Source of the DNA: Veleropilina oligotropha
Lineage: Eukaryota
Assembly: GCA_048128005.1 (NCBI GenBank)
Contig: JBEUKZ010000057.1
Location: 1 to 64,000 of the forward strand
DNA: 64,000 bases
Direction of reading: 5' to 3'
Below the pieces are notes generated by a model. It was not told the DNA's origin. It saw nothing but the letters and a program-made list of their open reading frames with translations, and made no database searches. Position 1 is the stretch's first letter, and each line of letters begins with the position of its first letter. This document shows positions 55,401 to 63,849 of the stretch, piece after piece. Position numbers and translations under genes: made by a program.

Positions 55401-57541
55401 CATTAAGCATCGATCCTTTCCTTTTTCCTTGTGATTATGTTGACATTTGACCCAGATGGGTGTTAAAATGGAACTTTGATCTAAGCCAAACCAAACCAAA
55501 TCCATGTGGAGTTTATCCTTTGAGAACAGATTGTAGCTGAATGTTATTGTTCGTTTATATCCATATTGAACATTATGCTTAGGACAGTCTCTTTTGCAGA
55601 TGATGAAGTGCAGTTTGGCTCGAGCGAGTTTGGTTTCAGCATTTTCAATGTTCGCAAGTCGTATACTGCAAAGGTATTTAGTTTGGCTGCTTTTGTAAAC
55701 GTGTGCTTGAGCAAGTATGACGATTCTGCCTAACTAGTCATCAAAACTAACAATTCATTGCGTTAATTTGGTTTGTACACCAGAAATGTTGTCCGTTGTG
55801 AAATGCACACATAGGAAATGTCATTTATTTATCATCAATTTTCAATACTAAAAGAAAGGAAAGGATCGATGCTTAATGTCCTGTATAATTCCAACCATCA
55901 TTTGGTTCAAAGCAGGACATGGCCGTATTATCGCGGGAGGAAAGCCTGATCACCCGGGTAAGCCCACCCTCTCCGACCAGTTACGGACAACTGTCATTCA
56001 TAATTTGAACAAATGTGTGCTTCCCCTGCCGAGATTTGAACCCACTACTGTTCACGTCAGCAGAATCAAGTCAGTGATTTTCGGCGGCCATAACCGATAC
56101 CACTGTACTGTCAAAGCGGCCTCAATACTAAAAGGATTGCCGACTCTGAAATCACTGGCTCGATTGCGCTAACTGACATGTTTGGGTTCAAATCTCCGCT
56201 GAGGCATGATGTACATTATTTATGATTTCTGCTGATCGGACCATGTGTGGATATGAGCCGCTGATCGGACCATGTGTGGATATGAGCCGCTGATCGGACC
56301 ATGTGTGGATATGAGCCGCTGATCGGACCATGTGTGGATATGAGCCGCTGTCACAGTTGTGTGGTTACGGTTGTAGACTCTGAAATCGCTGCCTTGATTC
56401 CGCTGACATAATAAGTTTGCGTCTCAGTTGGACATGACAACATTTGTTCAGTTATCAATCACAGTTGTCCGTAACTGACAGGAGAGGGCGGGTTTCCTCC
56501 GGCGACCGGGTTTTCCTTCAGTTGTCCGTAACTGACAGGAGAGGGCGGGTTTCCTCCGGCGACCGGGTTTTCCTTCAGTTGTCCGTAACTGACAGGAGAG
56601 GGCGGGTTTCCTCCGGCGACCGGGTTTTCCTTCAGTTGTCCGTAACTGACAGGAGAGGGCGGGTTTCCTCCGGCGACCGGGTTTTCCTTCAGTTGTCCGT
56701 AACTGACAGGAGAGGGCGGGTTTCCTCCGGCGACTGGGTTTTCCTTCCGCGATAATATTGACATATCCCTCATTTAATCTGAAGGTTGTAATTAATTATA
56801 CAGGGTATAAAGCATCAATCACATCCAGACTAACGTGACTTGCATAATAGTAACATGTTTTGTTTCTCTCCTTCACTCCCCAATTCAAATGTTACTTGTT
56901 CTGTCCACATCAGCTGTTCGTACATGACAGTTCGACTTGAGTGATTGAAGTAATGCTGTATTGTTTGCCAGATAACAACATGAGCAACAATTTAACATTT
57001 TCAAATTATAAAAGATAATTTGAACCGAGTCGGCGTTTGCTTGGATAGTCTCTTGTTTCTTAAATATTATGCAAAGTGAAACCAAATGGAATGTATTAGT
57101 TGTGCATCGTGCTATCTAACTATGGCAATACATGACAGGCCAAACGTCTTAATCACTTCAAATACGAGGGAGACGAGTGGTTATGATGACGAGATATTTT
57201 GTAATTTATAATAATTTATAATCTAATCCGATAGTGATGTTAAACCGGGGAAGTTCACCATAATGAAACTGACATTGTGAAAATGTTAAATTCAAATAAT
57301 GTCACAGACACGATGCTATTTCTTTTCAATATGTGAGTACTGTATAAGTATGCTGTAAAATTTAAATATTTAAACCACAGACATCATATGTTTACTCTTT
57401 CAGAGTGTACATGAGTTAACGGTTCGGACGAACGACCGAGTGAGAGTCATTAAAAAAATGGACAATAAACACCTCCAAGTTCAAGTCGAAGGAACGAAGA
57501 AATGCGGCATCATACCTCTAGCTTGCATCGACGGAACATGA
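10308..57541 (+). CDS. PSTPIP1: PSTPIP1/Cdc15-family F-BAR protein with a C-terminal divergent SH3 domain (spliced, 12 exons in window, first exon missing)
   Basis: Exons 10308-10408, 11881-11955, 12247-12388, 13065-13127, 15058-15162, 23171-23216, 23376-23455, 23764-23862, 24116-24212, 28546-28695, 55600-55673 and 57404-57541: all GT-AG, phase-compatible, 1170 nt. Peptides [65 protein letters not shown] match the PSTPIP F-BAR pattern as I recall it. PSTPIP1 versus PSTPIP2 orthology not resolved. Confidence 0.88.
11035..11580. repeat. Duplicated ~260-bp element with an imperfect palindrome (11460-11579), probable small TE
   Basis: TAAACCATT...GGGGACTACTTT occurs at ~11035 and ~11298; GGTTATATCAC...GGAAAAGCCTG / CAGGCTTTTCC...GTGGTATAACC form inverted arms. 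Confidence 0.55.
11752..11850. repeat. 20-bp minisatellite x5 (TCATCATAATTACCTACTGC) just upstream of an acceptor
   Basis: Directly visible tandem copies. Confidence 0.92.
11881..11955 (+). CDS. PSTPIP-like exon: VKIETNYSQALLKLTRSIDGADEV
   Basis: ttttcag| ... |gtatga; 75 bp. Confidence 0.88.
12247..12388 (+). CDS. PSTPIP-like exon: TIRDAWKSLRTQMELFGESHAVAH...EEQKDVRKK
   Basis: acttag| ... |gtaaaa; 142 bp; F-BAR helix motif. Confidence 0.88.
12512..12592. repeat. (ATGT/ATGC)n low-complexity microsatellite in a probable MITE remnant (CAGGGTTCTCCCC start at 12438, similar to 24380)
   Basis: Visible tetranucleotide repeat; 5' motif shared with 24380. Confidence 0.6.
13065..13127 (+). CDS. PSTPIP-like exon: AEDSVKKCQTNKNLLYQKTIS
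   Basis: ctctttcag| ... |gttagt; 63 bp, phase 0/0. Confidence 0.8.
13145..13220. repeat. 27-bp minisatellite x~3 (TGTAATTAGACGAATGTTATAACGTAT)
   Basis: Visible tandem copies just after the exon donor. Confidence 0.9.
13680..15007 (+). mobile_element. tRNA-derived SINE (family B) containing an internal 32-bp array
   Basis: 15-bp TSD TCATCATCAAAATTA (13665-13679, 15008-15022); A-box-like GGTGAGTGGTTAGCG; 3' body (CCTAATGTATGTC...GAGACCTTAAACC...GATACAGCTGAAAAATT...GTGGTCGTAAAA) shared with copies at 61695-61924 and 63451-63691. Confidence 0.85.
13735..14860. repeat. 32-bp minisatellite, ~35 copies (GCTGTTAGTTGTTCCTGGGATCGAGACCAGCA)
   Basis: Period 32, near-identical copies; contains B-box-like GGATCGAGACC. 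Confidence 0.97.
15058..15162 (+). CDS. PSTPIP-like exon: LQKSYRQKCQEKDSMKDQYYTIQKIAPAGHKDVEK
   Basis: atttcag| ... |gtaaga; 105 bp; YxQKC motif. Confidence 0.88.
15713..15948 (+). mobile_element. tRNA-derived SINE (family A)
   Basis: GGGTCGCT head, B box GGTTCGAACC, CAGTTGTCCGTAACTG core and CAGGACATCAAGCATCGATCCTTTCC tail shared with other copies. Confidence 0.8.
16164..22820. repeat. 29-bp satellite, ~230 copies (GCTGATCGGACCATGTGTGGATATGAGCC)
   Basis: Period 29 with occasional 28-bp variants; fills most of an 8-kb intron. Confidence 0.98.
22814..23040 (+). mobile_element. tRNA-derived SINE (family A) fused to the 3' end of the 29-mer array
   Basis: Array ends in AGCCGCT, which matches the SINE start; B box GGTTCGAATC; GAGAGGGCGAGTTTCCCCAGGCGACCGGGTTTTCCTC core; CAGGACATTAAGCAT tail. 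Confidence 0.82.
23171..23216 (+). CDS. PSTPIP-like exon: VQSKYLKAEQSMESA
   Basis: catttcag| ... |gtaggt; 46 bp, ends in phase 1. Confidence 0.82.
23376..23455 (+). CDS. PSTPIP-like exon: DTTYKNSVLTLEEARASWELEMAAGCE (alternative in-frame acceptor at 23334)
   Basis: ccttag| ... |gtatgt; 80 bp. Confidence 0.85.
23764..23862 (+). CDS. PSTPIP-like exon: [33 protein letters not shown]
   Basis: tgtgcag| ... |gtaagt; 99 bp; FQxxEExR F-BAR motif. Confidence 0.9.
24116..24212 (+). CDS. PSTPIP-like exon: [32 protein letters not shown]
   Basis: ccttttcag| ... |gtatga; 97 bp. Confidence 0.9.
25729..26027. mobile_element. MITE with imperfect ~16-bp TIRs and a 5-bp TSD
   Basis: CAAGGGCGGATGCAGG ... CCTGGATCTGCCTCTG; TSD ATTTG at 25724-25728 and 26028-26032. 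Confidence 0.7.
26388..27790 (+). mobile_element. Tc1/mariner superfamily DNA transposon, DD37D (maT-type), 3'-truncated
   Basis: Begins after a TA run (CGGGTGGCCAATAAAAAACTTCCCG); transposase remnant inside; no matching right TIR found. Confidence 0.8.
26771..27790 (+). pseudogene. DD37D transposase pseudogene
   Basis: VFTDEKDF ... QQDG-(37 aa)-D in WPPQSPDLNPMDYSIW; N-terminal KAVIKACFKEKGW segment is frameshifted; premature TAA at 27695-27697 with homologous-looking helix continuing afterwards. Confidence 0.88.
27791..28430. repeat. Degenerate ~150-bp tandem repeats (probable HINE/Helentron internal repeats)
   Basis: AACTGGTGCCTTT...GATGTTGTG...ACAGAGTTA recurs at 27791, 27947 and 28098. 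Confidence 0.6.
28546..28695 (+). CDS. PSTPIP-like exon: [15 protein letters not shown]...RPPRPAEPLPNHRNQRPLPVPVGQPQ (Pro-rich linker)
   Basis: ttttcag| ... AAG|gtaagg; 150 bp, phase 1/1. Confidence 0.85.
28655..29337 (+). repeat. ~71-bp minisatellite x10 spanning the exon end and splice donor
   Basis: CAACCAAAGACCACTGCC..ACCAGTGG.TCAA.CTCAAG|GTAAGGACAGCCAA.CATGTGG repeated; donors from 28696 to 29333. Confidence 0.93.
29524..55134. repeat. 48-bp satellite, ~530 copies, 25.6 kb, with higher-order structure
   Basis: Unit GCAGTAGCATCTGTCATGGCAGTAACTAGCCTGTGAGTGAGCGGCCGG with recurring 49-bp and 41-bp variants. Confidence 0.99.
55155..55428 (+). mobile_element. tRNA-derived SINE (family A), well preserved
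   Basis: B box GGTTCAAATCT, core GGAGAGGGCGGGTTTCCCCGGGCGACCGGGCTTTCCTCCC, tail CAGGACATTAAGCATCGATCCTTTCC; imperfect TSD ending TGTGAT. Confidence 0.88.
55600..55673 (+). CDS. PSTPIP-like exon, SH3 start: DDEVQFGSSEFGFSIFNVRKSYTAK
   Basis: cttttgcag| ... AAG|gtattt; 74 bp, phase 1/0; FNVRKSYTA aligns to SH3 strand 1 (xALYDYxA). Confidence 0.75.
55855..56121 (-). mobile_element. tRNA-derived SINE (family A), antisense copy
   Basis: Reverse complement of the 55155 copy; 13-bp TSD TCAATACTAAAAG (55842-55854, 56122-56134). Confidence 0.9.
56231..56349. repeat. Second 29-bp array (4 copies), same unit as 16164-22820
   Basis: GCTGATCGGACCATGTGTGGATATGAGCC x4, again running into a SINE head. Confidence 0.95.
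56343..56820 (+). mobile_element. Family A SINE with an internal 57-bp x5 tandem duplication (56462-56746)
   Basis: Head GAGCCGCT...GACTCTGAAATC; unit CAGTTGTCCGTAACTGACAGGAGAGGGCGGGTTTCCTCCGGCGACCGGGTTTTCCTT is the SINE core. Confidence 0.85.
57404..57541 (+). CDS. PSTPIP-like terminal exon, rest of the SH3: SVHELTVRTNDRVRVIKKMDNKHLQVQVEGTKKCGIIPLACIDGT*
   Basis: ctctttcag|; ELxxxxxDxxxV and GxIP SH3 motifs; TGA at 57539-57541. Confidence 0.8.
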   Translation, partial: SVHELTVRTNDRVRVIKKMDNKHLQVQVEGTKKCGIIPLACIDGT

Positions 57542-58661
57542 CACATGTAGCTCTGCTGAACGGCAGCACTCTCTGAATCTTATAGTCAAATTGTAGAGCA
57601 TGTTACGCCCTCTCAGCTGTTACTGCATGTTAATTATTTTAGTATTTATGTTACTTGGCAATGCTCAATACATGAAAACAACCATATTTTGAGACCACAA
57701 ATATATTATATGATTACTGTAAGAATATGGAGCTGTCACCTCATGATGTCCTTATCGCCTTACTGAGATGATAATCTTCAGATCAAATCGTGTGAAGTCA
57801 TTTGGCAACTGTGAAAATGGATCTTGAGGAGTCCTTACGAACCTCTCAACTCCTCTCAAATTTCATAAATGAGGCTGCACTATCAACTAAGTCGTTCCAT
57901 AACTTTCAAAGTTGTCCATCCGTAATTTTGAATATAACTTTCCTAATGGTAAGGCCCCAGTCCCTCACAGCCCGTGGTCAGAAGGACGGTTTCATCCAAA
58001 TTCTACCGCTCTTTGAGACTATCGAAAAATCTTAATGCGTACCACCATGAAGGCTGCTTATATCACCTTTAAATTTTTAAACTACTCTTTTGTATGAAAG
58101 TTCAATATGGTAGCATTTTGAAAATTGCTATAATTATGATATTTCATACTAGATTTTATTTGCTATATTTAATAATAGATTTGTTGGTCAGTTATTTAGA
58201 ACGTACCGTAATGTGCCGCAAGCTTAAGAGAGTGCATATGTCCATAAACATGCTCTTAACTTTATCACATTCCGTTGATGTCTCGCACATTGCTTACATG
58301 TATAATTGAATAATTACTGGACATACTGAATGAAGACATTGTTTAACAGTTTATGCTTGTAATGCCATATATAATATATCATGAAAAACATATGTCATGT
58401 GATATTATTAACAACAGAGTCTTATATACTGGAGTTGGACAGCTTGACCTGAATACCGGTATTTTTAACCGTGATTCTCTTGGTTAGTTGGTACGTAATA
58501 AGATATAACTGCATGAACCAGTACTTCAGTATTATACTTGAAACTTGTCGATAATGTCTTTTTCATGTGATAATGTCTTTTACATCAAAATGGCAAATTT
58601 CGTCTATATTCCAAGAAATCCTCCATGTAGTTGGATTCTCTCAAGTAGAAATGTTTGATCA

Positions 58662-58900
58662 TTATGTCTTGACCTTTTTGTAAAAAAGGACAAGACATTA
58701 TAAAATGATCCGTGTGTATATATATATATATCCGCAGGATTATGAGAAAACTACCGGTCCAATTTTTACCAAAATTGGTACTGTACACACATTCCCACGA
58801 GTATTTGTAGGTCGTGTATATAACTTTCGCGACACAATATTGCAAAAATATGCATTTATTAGGCACTTTTATGTATATTTGTATATAATGTATGTATAAT
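58662..58900 (+). mobile_element. Possible HINE-like element 5' end
   Basis: ATGTCTTG.CCTTTTT / AAAAAAGG.CAAGACAT hairpin followed by a (TA)n stretch; 3' end not located. Confidence 0.4.
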
Positions 58901-60623
58901 GTTTCTAGCAAATAGCAATGACGTCATTACGATGACGCTTTAGATTAATCGTCATTGAGTGACGTCACAATCGACGGGGTGGTAAAGTCTTGTAGTAAAC
59001 TTCGTCATTGTAACGTTATAGCTGTTCTGAAAATCTGACAGAAATAAAGAAAAGTCAAGACATCTTCCGAACGCGTCGTTCTTGTTTTATATATCCATGA
59101 CATTATCTATTCAAATACTAAGTTATTCCGGAATTCGCGGAGCATTGGATTTTGATCTGATTTTTCCATTCTTTGATGAAGAAACCAGTGATCGTTGTTT
59201 TTTGTTAAAGTGTCCCATTCCCCAAAAGAATTAAAGTATAAATGACATGCGTTGAGTTCCAAAACAATGAAGTCTAGCATTCCGAAAGTCTGCCTTTTGT
59301 CACTTTCATGTTTATGAAATAAACAATTTTAGCAAATTTCAATGTGGTCTCTTAAGCATCCTGAACTCTGCATGGGCATCATGTGGTCAAATATTGAATG
59401 ATGTTTTTATTTCTTTCCATGATTTTTTCGGACAAATTGTTGTCGCGACCACCGAATGGGACCATGAACAAACTTTTTTGCGCATATCGCTGAATATTTT
59501 GAATTTTTCCAACATGGTTAACAAAATGGAATCTGCTGTGTACCTGGGGTGCGTTGTAAAATACCAAGCACTTGCAAGCGATTAAAGCACTTTGTTGTAC
59601 AACGACCTGCTGAATTTCAGCTGATTGCAATCGCTTGTTAGCCGATCAATGAGATACTTATTTTGTGCTAGCAAGATGGCCGCCTACAGAGGTCGCTGAA
59701 GCTAGTACTACAAACATGTAAAATTCGATTGAAGCAACTATTGACAGTGTGAAACATCGTCATATGGCCATATATTGATTTTAGCAAATAAAAATTAAAA
59801 TAATTTTTAAGAAACGATAAATTATTTTAATAAAATATAAATTATTTTATTACAATTCTGCTCATGCTATAATTTAATCTCGTCCTATATAACTAGTACC
59901 GGTACGGTGTATCGCAGCTTATCCTGTGTAAATAATTGTCAAACTTTCTTATTACAAATAAATATATTATTCATAAAATCAGATTGTTTACCTGCCATTT
60001 TGTAAGCGATTAAATGTTGTTGTAACGGTTATGTCAGCGCTTATTAAGCGATTGTCAGTTTACAACGCACCCCAGGTCTACAGCTTCTAGATTATATGAC
60101 GCATAGCCAGCATGTTTATTGGACCATGTGAAGTTAAAATTATGTTGTAGCTGTGAAGTTAAAATTATGTTGTAGCTGTTAGGCTGGATCTCTGTCTTTG
60201 TATCATTATTATAGAGTCTTGTTTGTTTACAACATTTAAAATGTTCTTTGTTACAGTAATATTGACAAAATAATGAAATTATTTAAACAGTAATTTATGT
60301 TGTTATGTTTTCAGATATTTTTATATATATTATTACTATATACAATGATCCAACATTCCATTTTAGCCAATATGTTATGTTTTTGCTCATTATATTATAC
60401 ATACTATTTATTATATGTATTTGTGTAACAAAAGTTGACCCAATTATAATTTGGCTACTGAGCAATCCTTTAAATAACAATGTTACTAATGTTGCAACAG
60501 GCAATGTTGGTGCTACTCTGGAAGGTAGTTGATATCATTAGATGTATGGTAGTGTTCTATATTCACTGTGGTATATTATTTTATGTTTATGTCAGTGCAT
60601 GCATATTCAGCCATACAGATATG

Positions 60624-61408
60624 CACAGTGTGACATACTTATACACAGTGTGACATACTTATACACAGTGTGACATACTTATACACAGTGTGACATACTT
60701 ATACACAGTGTGACATACTTATACACAGTGTGACATACTTATACACAGTGTGACATACTTATACACAGTGTGACATACTTGTACACAGTGTGACATACTT
60801 ATACACAGTGTGACATACTTATACACAGTGTGACATACTTATACACAGTGTGACATACTTATACACAGTGTGACATACTTATACACAGTGTGACATACTT
60901 ATACACAGTGTGACATACTTATACACAGTGTGACATACTTATACACAGTGTGACATACTTATACACAGTGTGACATACTTATACACAGTGTGACATACTT
61001 ATACACAGTGTGACATACTTATACACAGTGTGACATACTTATACACAGTGTGACATACTTATACACAGTGTGACATACTTATACACAGTGTGACATACTT
61101 GTACACAGTGTGACATACTTGTACACAGTGTGACATACTTATACACAGTGTGACATACTTATACACAGTGTGACATACTTATACACAGTGTGACATACTT
61201 GTACACAGTGTGACATACTTATACACAGTGTGACATACTTGTACACAGTGTGACATACTTATACACAGTGTGACATACTTATACACAGTGTGACATACTT
61301 ATACACAGTGTGACATACTTGTACACAGTGTGACATACTTATACACAGTGTGACATACTTATACACAGTGTGACATACTTATACACAGTGTGACATACTT
61401 GTACACAG
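60624..61408. repeat. 20-bp minisatellite, ~39 copies (ACACAGTGTGACATACTTAT)
   Basis: Period 20 with an A/G variant. Confidence 0.97.
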
Positions 61409-61694
61409 AGCTCACACATCCCTTGTTCATTATACTACCTACATAATATATGCCTATATATTTACCTCCATCATCATATTTTATTTGTCGTTCAATTAAT
61501 ATAAAATTAATTTACATTACTATGTAATTAACATTTGTGAACGTGTATTCTTTGTTAGTTGATGAATTAAATGTACATCATTTAAATTATTGTCTTTTAT
61601 GACCTATGATCTTTGTTTATTAATGCATTTTAACTAGTTTATTGTTGGTTAGCATAGCATAATGATCAATAAGGAAGCAAGGGTTGAATTTAGG

Positions 61695-61924
61695 TAGATT
61701 TGTTTAACGACGACTTTTTTGACAATTTTTCTGCCTTATCGCGGTCAGAGTTAAAGGTCTCGCTCCGATCTGACCGACATACATGAGGGATATGCCATCT
61801 ATTAGTTTTAAGCCTTAGAATAAGCCAGGCCAGCGCGGGCTTGAACCCGCATCATACCGTCCCACTTAACGTTTTTCCGACGCCCTAACCAGTTGGGCCA
61901 TCGAGGACGGGGACGGTAGAATGT
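61695..61924 (-). mobile_element. tRNA-derived SINE (family B), antisense
   Basis: Reverse complement of the 63451 copy; TSD GGGTTGAA(T/G)TTAGG at 61681-61694 and 61925-61938. Confidence 0.85.
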
Positions 61925-61966
61925 GGGTTGAAGTTAGGATCTGATCCGGTGATACATTATGTTGTT

Positions 61967-63350
61967 GCCGCACCAGCGGTGCAATGGTTAAGGGTGTGGC
62001 TCCCAATTAACTCGTCTGATTGCTCTGGTTAACAGGAGTGGGTTCAATTACTTTGTTCAGTTAACAGTCACAGTTGTACATGAGGATGGGTTTCTCCAGG
62101 TAACAAGGCATTCCTTATATGGACATGTCCTGATATTGCCTCCGGTCCTGGATGGGTGATGAAAAGGGACATTAATGTAGTCCTTGGGTGTCCTGGATGG
62201 TTGTTGAAAAGTGTCATTAATGTAGTCCTTGGGTGTCCTGGATGGGTGATGAAAAGGGACATTAATGTAGTCCTTGGGTGTCCTGGATGGGTGATGAAAA
62301 GGGACATTAATGTAGTCCTTGGGTGTCCTGGATGGGTGATGAAAAGGGACATTAATGTAGTCCTTGGGTGTCCTGGATGGGTGATGAAAAGGGTCATTAA
62401 TGTAGTCCTTGGGTGTCCTGGATGGGTGATGAAAAGGGACATTAATGTAGTCCTTGGGTGTCCTGGATGGGTGATGAAAAGGGTCATTAATGTAGTCCTT
62501 GGGTGTCCTGGATGGGTGATGAAAAGGGACATTAATGTAGTCCTTGGGTGTCCTGGATGGGTGATGAAAAGGGACATTAATGTAGTCCTTGGGTGTCCTG
62601 GATGGGTGATGAAAAGGGTCATTAATGTAGTCCTTGGGTGTCCTGGATGGGTGATGAAAAGGGACATTAATGTAGTCCTTGGGTGTCCTGGATGGGTGAT
62701 GAAAAGGGACATTAATGTAGTCCTTGGGTGTCCTGGATGGGTGATGAAAAGAGACATTAATGTAGTCCTTGGGTGTCCTGGATGGTTGTTGAAAAGTGTC
62801 ATTAATGTAGTCCTTGGGTGTCCTGGATGGGTGATGAAAAGGGACATTAATGTAGTCCTTGGGTGTCCTGGATGGGTGATGAAAAGGGACATTAATGTAG
62901 TCCTTGGGTGTCCTGGATGGGTGATGAAAAGGGACATTAATGTAGTCCTTGGGTGTCCTGGATGGGTGATGAAAAGGGACATTAATGTAGTCCTTGGGTG
63001 TCCTGGATGGGTGATGAAAAGGGTCATTAATGTAGTCCTTGGGTGTCCTGGATGGGTGATGAAAAGGGACATTAATGTAGTCCTTGGGTGTCCTGGATGG
63101 GTGATGAAAAGGGACATTAATGTAGTCCTTTGGGTGTCCTGGATGGGTGATGAAAAGGGGCATTAATGTAGTCCTTGGGTGTCCTCGATGGGTGATGAAA
63201 AGGGTCATTAATGTAGTCCTTGGGTGTCCTGGATGGGTGATGAAAAGGGACATTAATGTAGTCCTTGGGTGTCCTGGATGGGTGATGAAAAGGGACATTA
63301 ATGTAGTCCTTGGGTGTCCTGGATGGGTGATGAAAAGGGACATTAATTAG
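61967..63350 (+). mobile_element. Diverged family-A-like SINE whose 3' part is amplified as a 45-mer
   Basis: A-box-like TGCAATGGTTAAG, B-box-like GGGTTCAATT, TTGTTCAGTTA..AGTCACAGTTGT core, GGACATGTCCTG, then the array; imperfect flanking duplication TACAT..TGTTG. Confidence 0.7.
62145..63347. repeat. 45-bp minisatellite, ~27 copies (GTCCTGGATGGGTGATGAAAAGGGACATTAATGTAGTCCTTGGGT)
   Basis: Period 45. Confidence 0.97.
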
Positions 63351-63450
63351 TACATAACTGTGTTGAGACAAGTGTCGCTCCGCCACTATGCCGATAAGCG
63401 ATACTTATGTCCCTCTGACAGTCTAAGGGTTAAGCGTTGATCCAAAACGT

Positions 63451-63691
63451 GAATGCACCGTTCTCGATCGCTCAACTGGTAGAGTGTCGGAAAAACATTA
63501 AATGGGATGGTAGGATGTGGGTTCAAACCCCCGCTCCGGCGTGGCTAAATATAATGCTTAAAACCAATAGAAGGCTTATCCCTAATGTATGTCGGTGAGA
63601 TCGGAGCGAGACCTAAAACCGGGTGCCCCGACTACGATACAGCTGAAAAATTTCTAAAAGTGGTCGTAAAACAATGTTGACAACCAATCAA
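63451..63691 (+). mobile_element. tRNA-derived SINE (family B)
   Basis: A-box-like GCTCAACTGGTAGAG, B box GGTTCAAACCC; TSD CCAAAACGT (63442-63450, 63692-63700). Confidence 0.85.
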
Positions 63692-63849
63692 CCAAAACGT
63701 TGTGGGTTTGATCAGTGGAGTTAACACTTAGCTGATCTCTACAGATCAGTTGCCTTATTTACATGAACAATTCAACAGAAGCTGGAGCGAACATTACCCT
63801 TTTATTCTCTATTAAATATGTCTTAATAATTATCTCGGTTTGAGGCAAG

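Larger units (their letters stand above)
29415..55500 (+). mobile_element. Old family-A-like SINE split by the 48-mer array and by a nested younger SINE
   Basis: Head 29415-29520 resembles the head at 61967 (CACC..TG.A.TGG.TAAG, CTCCCAATT.ACTC, B-box-like GATTCAAATCC). After the array come GGCTTTCCCCC, then, beyond the nested SINE, GTGATTATGTTGACAT...GATGGGTGTTAAAATGG and a (CCAAA)3 tail. Confidence 0.6.

Noticed and set aside
60624..61408. CACAGTG heptamer in every 20-mer as a RAG/Transib recombination signal
   Set aside because: No ACAAAAACC-like nonamer at 12 or 23 bp spacing and no transposase nearby; most likely coincidence.
62057..63386. 300-430 aa ORFs on both strands
   Set aside because: A consequence of a 45-bp unit lacking stops in several frames; it lies within a SINE-like element.
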